From positions 420,001 through 452,000 of the forward strand of contig NC_010655.1 of NCBI RefSeq assembly GCF_000020225.1: 32,000 bases of DNA. Reading direction: 5' to 3'. Every line of letters begins with the position of its first letter. The stretch's first letter is position 1. Origin of the DNA: Akkermansia muciniphila ATCC BAA-835 (GTDB lineage Bacteria; Verrucomicrobiota; Verrucomicrobiia; Verrucomicrobiales; Akkermansiaceae). Of the stretch, positions 1-7,931 are shown piece by piece. Made by a program: the position numbers and the translations under genes. Under the pieces are notes generated by a model. It was not told the DNA's origin and searched no databases. It saw only the letters and a program-made list of their open reading frames with translations.

Positions 1-429
1 TCCGGCTGCGGCGGATCCAGTTCCAGCGAACAGGCCTATCTTCCCATTGGTCTTCAGCGCACGTTGGACATCACGCTTCAGGACGGCAAGCCTTACGTCT
101 TCTCCTTCATCATCGCCTCAGAAAGCACCGCCACCATTTACACCGGAACCAGCCCGGCCGCCTCAACGGCATCCCTTCATGTCGTCAACTACAAACCAGC
201 TTCCGACTCTGCGGAACAAATAGGCTTTTACTGGTCGTCCAATGACGGGGAAACAACCAGCAATCTGGATGCCCTCGTTGTCCTGTATAATCCCCAGAAT
301 ATTTCCAAAGGCATCGGTTCTGCCACCTGCAGCGTCAGAGACGCCGAATATACTGAAACGGAAACCCAGCAGGATAACTGCCAGGCGGTCATCAGGGATT
401 TCAGAGTGCCCCCCAGCTCTGATCAATAA
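1..429 (+). CDS. small lipoprotein, 5' end cut by window edge
   Basis: Frame 1 is open from nt 1 and reads SGC-GGSSSSEQAYLP..., a lipobox Cys (nt 7-9) followed by a Gly/Ser linker. The ORF-track start at 64 is a TTG inside this frame. Stop TAA 427-429 is followed by a strong terminator. No family recognised. Confidence 0.6.
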   Translation, partial: SGCGGSSSSEQAYLPIGLQRTLDITLQDGKPYVFSFIIASESTATIYTGTSPAASTASLHVVNYKPASDSAEQIGFYWSSNDGETTSNLDALVVLYNPQNISKGIGSATCSVRDAEYTETETQQDNCQAVIRDFRVPPSSDQ

Positions 430-446
430 GCCCTTTCTTCCTACCT

Positions 447-481
447 CCCTTCCCGCCCCCATGGCGGGAAGGGATTTTTTT
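447..481 (+). terminator. rho-independent terminator
   Basis: Perfect 11-bp stem CCCTTCCCGCC (447-457) / GGCGGGAAGGG (463-473) with a 5-nt loop, then A plus T7 (474-481). It lies between the convergent genes ending at 429 (+) and 593 (-). Confidence 0.8.
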
Positions 482-592
482 ATCCATTATCTCTTCCTGC
501 CGGAACAGAGACGGCCTTTCCCCCAGACCGCCGGCAAAGGCGGACATGCCGGAACGCAGACAAAACCGGGAACAGCCCCGAAGCCCCATCAC

Positions 593-1738
593 TTACTTAA
601 GCACTTTCCCTATGGGGCGGCAGGCGGAAAAGGCAACCGGAATGGAGGAAAGAAGAACACACCCCGCCAGGGAAATTCCCAGCAGCCACAAATCCTGCCG
701 TATATCGGCATAAGTCAGGACGGAGTTTCCCAGCTTAAAGAATTCCCCCAATACGATTCTCTGGGTTTTCATGAACGCCCAGACGGCTCCCGCAAAGGAA
801 ACGCCAATCAGAAACGCGTTTTCCACGATAAACGCCATAATCAGCAGTACAGGACGCACCCCGAAGCTCTTCATCAGCGTATAGACATATTCATTCTGAC
901 GGAATTCCATGGATGCCAGGGCTGTAAGCAGAATGCCGACGATCACGGCGATGCCGAGGGAAAACCCAGTCCTGCACTCCGTCTGGTTGCCCATCAGCAC
1001 TTCCAGCCTGTCAAGCAGCCCTACGTGAGTCTGAACCATGGTCATGCTGCCGTCATAACGCACCATGTTGTTCAGCACTTCTTCTATGCCCCGAATGCGG
1101 GCCGCCGTCATTTCATGCACCCGGATGATGTAGCGGCAATTTTCCACGGGGACCTCCTGTCCGGAACTGAAAGTTCCTTCCGGGGCCAAAATGACTCCGG
1201 AAGGATACAGCCTGCCCAGCAAATGACCCTCCGGCAGAGGGGAGGCATTCAGGGAAAAATCAAAATCCGCTATGGTAACCGTACAAGGCCCCGCCTGCAA
1301 CGGGCTCCGGGAGGGATTGTACAGGAGGACGGTAGCCACGTCCTCCAACCCAAGCGCGGAAAGAAAGGAACAGGACTCCATGTTGTATTCCAGGATGGGG
1401 AATACTGTCTTGCCCACGCGCGCCACGCCCGCACGGGCATCATTCAGCACCAGGACGTCGCAGCCATACAGGGAAGGCAGTTCATGCTGCAGCAAATTTT
1501 TCTTGGAAGGCTCACCGTCGCGCACGGTATCAAAAACAATAATCAGGTCCGCCCCGTTCTTCCTGATTTCATCATGCAGCATTTTGGCGGAGAGGACATA
1601 ATTGGCGAGAAAAGAGAGCGCGCACAGGGAAAGGAAGAAGGCCACCAGAATCCGTGAAAGGGGGCTGGCCGGGCGTTCCTTCCAACGGTGGAGAGTATCT
1701 TTAAAGAGATACAGACAGGTTAAAATCAATGATTTCAT
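593..1738 (-). CDS. FtsX/MacB-type ABC transporter permease
   Basis: 381 aa, ATG at 1738-1736. N-terminal TM helix (ILVAFFLSLCALSFLANYVL), a ~200-aa extracytoplasmic domain, then three C-terminal TM helices (GFSLGIAVIVGILLTALA, VLLIMAFIVENAFLIGVSFAGAVWAF, LWLLGISLAGCVLLSSIPVAF). This is the FtsX-family topology. It overlaps the upstream ATPase gene by 38 nt. Confidence 0.85.
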   Translation of the reverse strand: MKSLILTCLYLFKDTLHRWKERPASPLSRILVAFFLSLCALSFLANYVLSAKMLHDEIRKNGADLIIVFDTVRDGEPSKKNLLQHELPSLYGCDVLVLNDARAGVARVGKTVFPILEYNMESCSFLSALGLEDVATVLLYNPSRSPLQAGPCTVTIADFDFSLNASPLPEGHLLGRLYPSGVILAPEGTFSSGQEVPVENCRYIIRVHEMTAARIRGIEEVLNNMVRYDGSMTMVQTHVGLLDRLEVLMGNQTECRTGFSLGIAVIVGILLTALASMEFRQNEYVYTLMKSFGVRPVLLIMAFIVENAFLIGVSFAGAVWAFMKTQRIVLGEFFKLGNSVLTYADIRQDLWLLGISLAGCVLLSSIPVAFSACRPIGKVLK

Positions 1739-2333
1739 GGGTCAGGTCAAACAGCCGGGAATCATGCGTGCTCAAAATGCAAATTTTGTCAGCAGGGTAC
1801 TCCCTGATCAAATTTTTAATGATTTCCGTATTACCGTCATCCAGGCCGGAAGTAGGTTCATCCAGCAGCAGCACATCGGAATCCTTCATCATCGTGCGGG
1901 CAAGAGCCGCCCGCTGGGCCTGGCCGCCGGACAAGCTCCCCGCCTTTTTATGCCTCAGAGATTCCAGGCCCAGGCGGGCAATCAAATCATCCGCCCTCCG
2001 CGTCCACTGCTTTTTAGGCAGCATAGCCATTTCCGCGCATAATTGAAGGTTTCTCTCCACCGTAGCGAGGGGAAGGAGATTGAGCCCCTGGAACATGTAA
2101 CTTACCTCCTTGCGTCGGTAGAGGGAATCCGCCCGAACCTTACGGCGGGGGGTAATCACGCGCCCGCGCTGCGGGCTCAGATAACCCGCCAGAATCTTTA
2201 ACAGCGTCGTTTTCCCGCATCCGGAATACCCCTTCAAAATGGTGATTCCGGAAGTGAACACCCTGTTGTAATTTTCAAAAATCCACTGCTTGCCTGAATA
2301 ACTGAAACAGACTGATTCGCACAGCAATTTCAT
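1701..2333 (-). CDS. ABC transporter ATP-binding protein (MacB/LolD-like)
   Basis: Walker A GYSGCGKT, signature LSGGQAQR, Walker B VLLLDEPTSGLD. ATG 2333-2331 overlaps the TGA (2332-2330) of the upstream gene as ATGA. The ORF-track start at 2423 would overlap that gene by 94 nt, so 2333 is preferred (210 aa). Confidence 0.9.
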   Translation of the reverse strand: MKLLCESVCFSYSGKQWIFENYNRVFTSGITILKGYSGCGKTTLLKILAGYLSPQRGRVITPRRKVRADSLYRRKEVSYMFQGLNLLPLATVERNLQLCAEMAMLPKKQWTRRADDLIARLGLESLRHKKAGSLSGGQAQRAALARTMMKDSDVLLLDEPTSGLDDGNTEIIKNLIREYPADKICILSTHDSRLFDLTHEIIDFNLSVSL

Positions 2334-3385
2334 TTTTTTCGAACAATCAATTCCGTTTCCCCATTCACCACCAGCTCCAGGTCCGGATGCACTTTTTCCA
2401 GAAGTTCCTGCCAGGACGAACATTTTTTTCCCTCCGGCAGGGAAGCCAGCCTCACCTTGTTGAGATGAAACACTTCTCCCTGCGGCATGTAATAAAGACG
2501 GGCCGTGCAGTTGGAACCCAGCATGGAATGGGCGCGTGCATGCTCCTGACGGGGCAAACGGAAAAAATACGCCAGCAATTCCCCGCCTCCGGAAACATTC
2601 TTCTCCACCCGCTTGAAGGCAAAAACCCCCTTCAGGGCGGAACCGTCGCCCAGAGGGACGGACAGGGAAAGGGATTCCGGCGGCAGATTCGTCAAATCAG
2701 GGTCCGAAATGGAAATGGTCAGATAATAAGAGGAGTCATCGCACACGGTCGCAATCGGGGACGCGGCGTCCATGTAAAGGGCTACGCTGTTATCCGGCGG
2801 AATGGAAAACTGGTACTGCAGCTTCCCGTCAAAAGGCATTCTGAGGATATATTTTTCCTCCTTCTTGCGAAAATCCAGACGCGGCTTGTCCTCCACCAGG
2901 GACAACTCCCTTTTGGAAAGCTCAATCTTGTCTTTCAAAGCCCGGATGGCCCTTTCCCCGCCTTCCGCCCGCTTGCTGGCATATTGCCGTTCCTCCCTCG
3001 ACAGGGAAGAGTAGAATTCTATCTCTTCAAGCTGTTTTTCCAGCTTTGACAACTCTTCCTCCTTGGCGATGCGGTCCTTCAGGATTTTGACCTCCAGCTC
3101 CTTGCGCTCCAGCTCAATTTCATCTTCATTGACCGTTGCAATAATGGTATCCTTCTGAACGCGCCCGTCCGCAGGAATCCAGTTGCTGACAACTCCATCG
3201 GCCGGCATGACAAAGGAGCGCAGCCTTTCCGGGACGATCTTGGCGCGGAAAGTCTTGATGAAACAGGCATCTTTCGATGCCGCCATATCAGCCCCCCCGC
3301 CGGCCGATTCCGCATTCCAGACACAAAGAGCCAGCCCCGAGCACAGCCAGATGCCCCAAAGACATTTCTTTGCCCTTCCGACCAT
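2330..3385 (-). CDS. periplasmic adaptor / membrane-fusion protein (HlyD-like)
   Basis: N-terminal anchor MVGRAKKCLWGIWLCSGLALCVW. A lipoyl-like half (VMPADGVVSNWIPADGRVQKDTIIATV), a long coiled coil (ELERKELEVKILKDRIAKEEELSKLEKQLEE...) and the returning half (RMPFDGKLQYQF) follow. Start chosen at ATG 3385 (351 aa). An in-frame ATG at 3436 would add 17 aa and cannot be excluded. Confidence 0.75.
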   Translation of the reverse strand: MVGRAKKCLWGIWLCSGLALCVWNAESAGGGADMAASKDACFIKTFRAKIVPERLRSFVMPADGVVSNWIPADGRVQKDTIIATVNEDEIELERKELEVKILKDRIAKEEELSKLEKQLEEIEFYSSLSREERQYASKRAEGGERAIRALKDKIELSKRELSLVEDKPRLDFRKKEEKYILRMPFDGKLQYQFSIPPDNSVALYMDAASPIATVCDDSSYYLTISISDPDLTNLPPESLSLSVPLGDGSALKGVFAFKRVEKNVSGGGELLAYFFRLPRQEHARAHSMLGSNCTARLYYMPQGEVFHLNKVRLASLPEGKKCSSWQELLEKVHPDLELVVNGETELIVRKK

Positions 3386-3449
3386 AATTTCAAACAGGCC
3401 TGCCCCCCCCGTTTCACGGCAGCAAAGCCCCGTCATAAATGATCAGAAC

Positions 3450-4004
3450 TCAGGATACCGTGTAACTCACCGTTCCTTCCGTAGCGGTCCAGTCCTGCGC
3501 TTCAACCTCGCCTTCATCATTCTCAACGGGAACCTGGTAAGTGATGGAACCGGTGAACGTCCCGCCGCAGCTCTCACGTTCATTGGAGGAACTGAAGGAA
3601 ATATTAGCATCTATAAAGGCCTTGTCCCTGTTTGTCACGACAATCGGGCCCGGAGCCGTCCACTGCCCGGAAGTAATCGTGAAGTTCCCCCTCAGAATAG
3701 CGGATGATCCCGTCCTGCGGTACACTACGGAAGCAATGTTCATAGGAGCACTTTCATTGCTGCTTGCCGCATTAATGCTTACCTGGGGAAGGTCCGAACC
3801 ATTGCCCGTCAATTTGACGATAATATTCCACGGCCCTAGCCCATCTTCCGTGGAAAGAGAAGCGCTCAAGTCCAGCATGGTGCCGGAAGGAAGGCTTTCC
3901 CCGTCACCGCTGCTGCCGCTGCCTCCGCAGGAAAAGAGTCCAAGGGACAAGGCTGCCGCGGAAAGGGAAGATAATACGCACCTGTTCGTCAATCGGGAAA
4001 ACAT
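3450..4004 (-). CDS. small lipoprotein (first gene of the pump operon)
   Basis: From ATG 4004: MFSRLTNRCVLSSLSAAALSLGLFS-C-GGSGSSGDGESLP, a signal peptide plus lipobox Cys plus Gly/Ser linker (184 aa). The ORF-track start at 4106 is a GTG and would place 34 non-signal residues ahead of the signal peptide. No family recognised. Stop 3450 lies 13 nt from ATG 3436 and 64 nt from ATG 3385 of the next gene. Confidence 0.65.
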   Translation of the reverse strand: MFSRLTNRCVLSSLSAAALSLGLFSCGGSGSSGDGESLPSGTMLDLSASLSTEDGLGPWNIIVKLTGNGSDLPQVSINAASSNESAPMNIASVVYRRTGSSAILRGNFTITSGQWTAPGPIVVTNRDKAFIDANISFSSSNERESCGGTFTGSITYQVPVENDEGEVEAQDWTATEGTVSYTVS

Positions 4005-4024
4005 AAAGAAAAAGATTTTCTTCA

Positions 4025-4052
4025 AGGATAGTGATTCCGTCCGGCGCGTCAA
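4025..4052 (-). promoter_or_regulatory. sigma-70-like promoter candidate for the lipoprotein/pump operon
   Basis: Minus strand reads TTGACG (4052-4047), a 16-nt spacer, then TATCCT (4030-4025). It sits about 20 nt upstream of ATG 4004. Pattern match only; the promoter consensus of this phylum is not known to me. Confidence 0.3.
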
Positions 4053-4147
4053 CACATAAATAAAAGAATATTTGGAGGGGCCTTCCGTTTTTTTTGCGGG
4101 ATGCACCGGGGCTTACGGCCCGCTGCCATTCCCCGGACGTGCACGCC

Positions 4148-4175
4148 GGATTTTCCGCTTTGCGGCGGAAAATCC
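4148..4175 (-). terminator. perfect stem-loop downstream of the large ABC gene (terminator or processing hairpin)
   Basis: GGATTTTCCGC (4148-4158) / GCGGAAAATCC (4165-4175): an 11-bp perfect stem with a 6-nt loop, 29 nt after the stop at 4204. No U-tract follows on the minus strand, so termination may be partial. Confidence 0.35.
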
Positions 4176-4203
4176 AGACGCCAATCCCCGCAGGCCGCAA
4201 ACG

Positions 4204-7200
4204 TCATCCGGCCTTTTCCAGCCTGCGCTTGAGGACGCGGCCCGTGACCAGCAGGGGGGCAGCCCCCATCAGGAACAGGAACAGGGAATCCTTCCATGGG
4301 GTGGGAACCGTTCCGTCATCCGCGCTGTATCCGGAATCCCCCGGGGACAGGCCGGAGCCTCCCCAGGGCAGAGGCTGGCGGCGGGCCAGAAAAATTTCCG
4401 GCCTGTCCAGGGCATCCCGGCTGACACGCTGGATTTCGGCAGATTCATCCAGCATCACAACGCGGTCATTGACATAGAAGGATTTAACGGACGGACGGTC
4501 CTTACCCAGGAGTTCCAATTCCGCAATAGTCCGCCTGTAGCTTTTTTCCGAACCGCCAAGGGCTGCCCTCCTCACCTGCCGGACAGCGGCTTTGGCCTGT
4601 TCCGGCCCCTCCGCTCCAATAGCGGCAATGTGGAGCAGCGCCATCTTGAGCAGCTTGAATTCTTCAAATTCCCTGTCGTCCAGATGAGGGCGTTCCTTCA
4701 GGTCGTCCACTTTCTCCTGGATGGTTTCACGCTCCCTCTCCCATACATTTTTGGACGCCTGGTCCACCACCATCGTTTCAAAAGAGTAGCGCAAAGGGCA
4801 GAATTCCGCCACCAGCGGCACGCGCCCCGGCTTAAGACGCCCGTGTTCATCCGTACGGTGGGCGGACCATGGGATGAACTGGTTCATTTCATCAAAGCGG
4901 ACAATGGCTCCGGCCATCAATATCTGGGGAATCAGAAGCAGAGGCACCATGTTAAGCGCCGCCCTCTCCGTCCTGGCGAAGACGGAAACCAGCAGGGACA
5001 GGCTCACGCCGACAAAGGCCGTCAGGGTCATCGTCCCCAGGTAAATCAGGAACATTTCATGGATTTCCAGAATGGAGTTCCCCACCCAAAGAAACAGGGC
5101 GGACTGCACGGCGGAAAGCCCCGTCAACACCAGCGCCTTTGCCAGCACATAACCGGTCACAAACACCTTGGCATTGCTCTCCCTCTTGAGCAGGGCACGG
5201 TCCTTGAGCACTTCGCTGGCCGCCCCGGTCAGGCCGAAGAACATGGCCACAATGGTCGCCAGGAACAGGTAGGAAGGGATGTGGAGGGCCGTGGCAAACG
5301 TATATTCCGGGCTGGAAGAGGCGCGCAGGGTCATGGAAATCAGCAGGGCCAGCACCGGCCCTTCCAGCAGCATGGTGTACAGCCCCATACGGCTCCGCAC
5401 GCGCCCCAGGAAGGTGCGCACGGCCCAGATGCGGAAAAGCCGCCAGAGCTGTATGACGCTGCGCCTGGGGGCGGGGGGAAATTCCAGCGTGCCTTCATAC
5501 AGCGTTCTGGGGGCGCCCCCTTCATGATGATGCCCCATCACGTTGCGGAACCGGTAGCCTTCAAAGCGCTCCTGCCACAGGCGGGGGTGCTGCCGCCTGC
5601 GGCGGTCGTGCCAGGAGAGGGGGGCTTCCAGCACCTCAAACACGTAGTCCGCGCCTCCGGCCGTTCGAGCCTCCTCGGATACGTCAATAGCCATGTCCGC
5701 TGCCGCCTTCCGGAAATACCGCATCATGCCCGGCACGTCCCCCCAGTAAGCCATCTGGCCGCCGTGGTCCAGCACCAGTACTTTGTGGAACTGGTTCAGA
5801 ATAGCCGTGCTGGGCCGGTGCATGGTGGCGATTACCATTTTGTCGCGGCTCATGTTCTGCATGGTCTGCATGACCAGCTTGGCATCTGACGTGGACAGGC
5901 CGCTGATAGGTTCGTCCAGCAGGAAAACATCCGCAATGCCCGCCAGGTCAAGCCCCAGGTTCAGGCGTGTGCGCTCCCCGTCGGAAATGGTGCGGGCGTT
6001 CATCTCACCCACGCGGCGGGAGGCGATGTGCGTCAGGCCCAGAAATTTCAAAATAGCGTTCACGCGCCTGACGCGTTCCGACCGGCTCAGCCGCGGACGG
6101 CGTATCATGGTGGCCTGAGAGATGTGTTCGGAAACGCTCATGGCCGCATCCAGAATATCTTCCCGGGGAATGAAGGCAATGTAGGGCCGGATAAGATCCG
6201 GGGCGCTGTACAGAAGCTGGTTGTTGTAACGGATGCAGCCCCGGGTGGGCGGCAGCTGGCCGGCCAACATGGAGAGCAGCGTGCTTTTCCCGGATCCGCT
6301 GGGCCCCAGGATGCACACCATTTCCCCGCGTTTCACGGTCAGGTCAATATTGTCCAGCACGCGCCCGGAGCGCAGGAATTCCTTGGTCACTCCTTCCACG
6401 CTGAGGGTTCTGATCGCATGGTATTCTTCATCCAGCACCCCGGCGGAAAAACGGCAGCGCAGCGCGTGGTAGGCATTCAGGTGCACCACGTCCCCATCCC
6501 TCAGGGAAACCCTTCCCCGAACAGGCCGGCCATTGAGCAGCAGAGGCATGGAGGCCTCCACCACTTCCAGCCAGCCGGAATTGGTGGCGCTGGAAAAAGA
6601 AACCTCCAGCACCGCTCCGGGGGCCAGCCCGGGAGTCAGCAGCATGTCTCCCTTGCGCGCCTTTTCCGGCAGGTTGGTCACCCGCAGTTTGCGGTTTCCG
6701 GGATCCAGGCGGAAACGGCGCCCGATGTCCGACATGGAATTCTGCACCTCTCCCATGGAGAAAGGCCCTTCCCCGTCCAGCGTGAAGGAGGAGTAATAAG
6801 CCATGCGCACGCTTTCACCGGGGTACAGCCGTCTCCCGTCAACCGCGAATTCCACTTCCGGCCTCAGCACCTCCACCTCGCACGCCAGCCCCATGTTCAC
6901 GCGCACCTCGCTGGCGCGGGAACGCACCCGGCTGATTTGCAGGGAGCCGCCGTCCAGGGAAATATAGCATACTTCCTGCTTGCCTGAACGCTTGCAGTCC
7001 AGAAAAAACGCGAAGTCTTCAAAACTCAGCGGACCGGACGGCAGCAGCACCACCTGCCCGTTGGTCAGCGGCATCACCCCGCCGGGCTGCAAATGGCGCC
7101 CGCGCACCACAATGGGGCGGGTGCCGTCATTCACCACCAGCACCAGGCGGGAACACCGGATCAGGCGGAAGGAAATGCCCTTGTCCTGCTCCGGAAGGGA

Positions 7201-7788
7201 TACCTCCGCACCGATGCCGGAGGAAAAACCGACGCTGTACGCCGGTTCCTGGGCTTCCACGTCCGGCGTCATCAGCAGCTGCCTCAGGTGGTTTGCCGTG
7301 CCCGGCAGTTCCAGACCGTACGTCACCTGGTCAAACAGCTCCCCTGTCATGCGGGAATCTCCCGTATTGATCAGCAGGGAAAGCACTTCCAGAGCTATCG
7401 CCATGCGTTCCGTCTCATCCCTGCCGGAAGCTGCGGAGGCCAGGACATCCGCAACCGTCAGGCTGGCCCTCATGGACCGCTCAAAACGGTTGGAAAGCCA
7501 GCGGTGCTCCACTTCCGGGAAAGTATAGCGCAGAATATCCAGAGCGGCGTCCGCATCACGGGCGCTCAAATGGCGGCGTCCGCTTAAAATAGTGGCAAAC
7601 AAGTCCACCAGCGTTCCGGCATGCACCTTCATGGAGCCGTCGTCACGGCGCAGCCACGGCACGTAGGCGCCCAGCGCCCTGACCAGATTCAGCCTCCAGT
7701 GAATCAGCTTGGAAGGAATGTCAAAAAACCATTGGATCATGCCCGGAAACGCGTTGCCGGAACAGTAGTACAGGGATTCCCGCCCCAT
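4204..7788 (-). CDS. ABC transporter fusion: N-terminal sensor-like region + ATPase + ABC-2/ABCG-type membrane domain
   Basis: Walker A GPSGSGKST (nt 6306-6280, checked codon by codon), signature ISDGERTR (5988-5965), Walker B VFLLDEP. Five TM helices fall within about nt 5397-4885, then a ~200-aa insert, then a final TM helix (LFLFLMGAAPLLVTGRVL). About 470 aa precede the ATPase. The track start 7824 is a TTG lying inside a predicted -10 box, so I use the first ATG at 7788 (1194 aa). ATG 7740 is an alternative. Confidence 0.85.
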   Translation of the reverse strand: MGRESLYYCSGNAFPGMIQWFFDIPSKLIHWRLNLVRALGAYVPWLRRDDGSMKVHAGTLVDLFATILSGRRHLSARDADAALDILRYTFPEVEHRWLSNRFERSMRASLTVADVLASAASGRDETERMAIALEVLSLLINTGDSRMTGELFDQVTYGLELPGTANHLRQLLMTPDVEAQEPAYSVGFSSGIGAEVSLPEQDKGISFRLIRCSRLVLVVNDGTRPIVVRGRHLQPGGVMPLTNGQVVLLPSGPLSFEDFAFFLDCKRSGKQEVCYISLDGGSLQISRVRSRASEVRVNMGLACEVEVLRPEVEFAVDGRRLYPGESVRMAYYSSFTLDGEGPFSMGEVQNSMSDIGRRFRLDPGNRKLRVTNLPEKARKGDMLLTPGLAPGAVLEVSFSSATNSGWLEVVEASMPLLLNGRPVRGRVSLRDGDVVHLNAYHALRCRFSAGVLDEEYHAIRTLSVEGVTKEFLRSGRVLDNIDLTVKRGEMVCILGPSGSGKSTLLSMLAGQLPPTRGCIRYNNQLLYSAPDLIRPYIAFIPREDILDAAMSVSEHISQATMIRRPRLSRSERVRRVNAILKFLGLTHIASRRVGEMNARTISDGERTRLNLGLDLAGIADVFLLDEPISGLSTSDAKLVMQTMQNMSRDKMVIATMHRPSTAILNQFHKVLVLDHGGQMAYWGDVPGMMRYFRKAAADMAIDVSEEARTAGGADYVFEVLEAPLSWHDRRRRQHPRLWQERFEGYRFRNVMGHHHEGGAPRTLYEGTLEFPPAPRRSVIQLWRLFRIWAVRTFLGRVRSRMGLYTMLLEGPVLALLISMTLRASSSPEYTFATALHIPSYLFLATIVAMFFGLTGAASEVLKDRALLKRESNAKVFVTGYVLAKALVLTGLSAVQSALFLWVGNSILEIHEMFLIYLGTMTLTAFVGVSLSLLVSVFARTERAALNMVPLLLIPQILMAGAIVRFDEMNQFIPWSAHRTDEHGRLKPGRVPLVAEFCPLRYSFETMVVDQASKNVWERERETIQEKVDDLKERPHLDDREFEEFKLLKMALLHIAAIGAEGPEQAKAAVRQVRRAALGGSEKSYRRTIAELELLGKDRPSVKSFYVNDRVVMLDESAEIQRVSRDALDRPEIFLARRQPLPWGGSGLSPGDSGYSADDGTVPTPWKDSLFLFLMGAAPLLVTGRVLKRRLEKAG

Positions 7789-7820
7789 CTCAAGCGCAAC
7801 CGGAATTTCACGGAGAAATG

Positions 7821-7870
7821 ACAATATTTTCTACAGCTTTATCTTGCAATAGCTCCGGAGGAAGTATAGT
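7821..7870. promoter_or_regulatory. divergent promoter pair sharing one palindromic -35 hexamer
   Basis: TTGCAA (7844-7849) is its own reverse complement. Plus strand: TTGCAA, 15 nt, TATAGT (7865-7870). Minus strand: TTGCAA, 17 nt, TATTGT (7826-7821). Pattern match only. Confidence 0.4.
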
Positions 7871-7931
7871 TCTGTCCAATGTTCATGCTTTCCGCGTGAA
7901 AGCTAGCCAAATACATCAACATTATCACAAC

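Noticed and set aside
242-1657. 471-aa plus-strand ORF overlapping the FtsX permease gene.
   Set aside because: It is the antisense shadow of a GC-rich gene. The product is Arg/Gly/Pro/His-rich and low in complexity, with no motifs. The opposite strand encodes a protein with a clear FtsX topology.
4072-5889. 605-aa plus-strand ORF, along with 6028-6987 and 7093-7587, overlapping the sensor-ABC gene.
   Set aside because: These are mirror ORFs typical of high-GC coding DNA, with biased Arg/Gly/His/Pro composition. The minus strand carries verified Walker A, signature and Walker B motifs.
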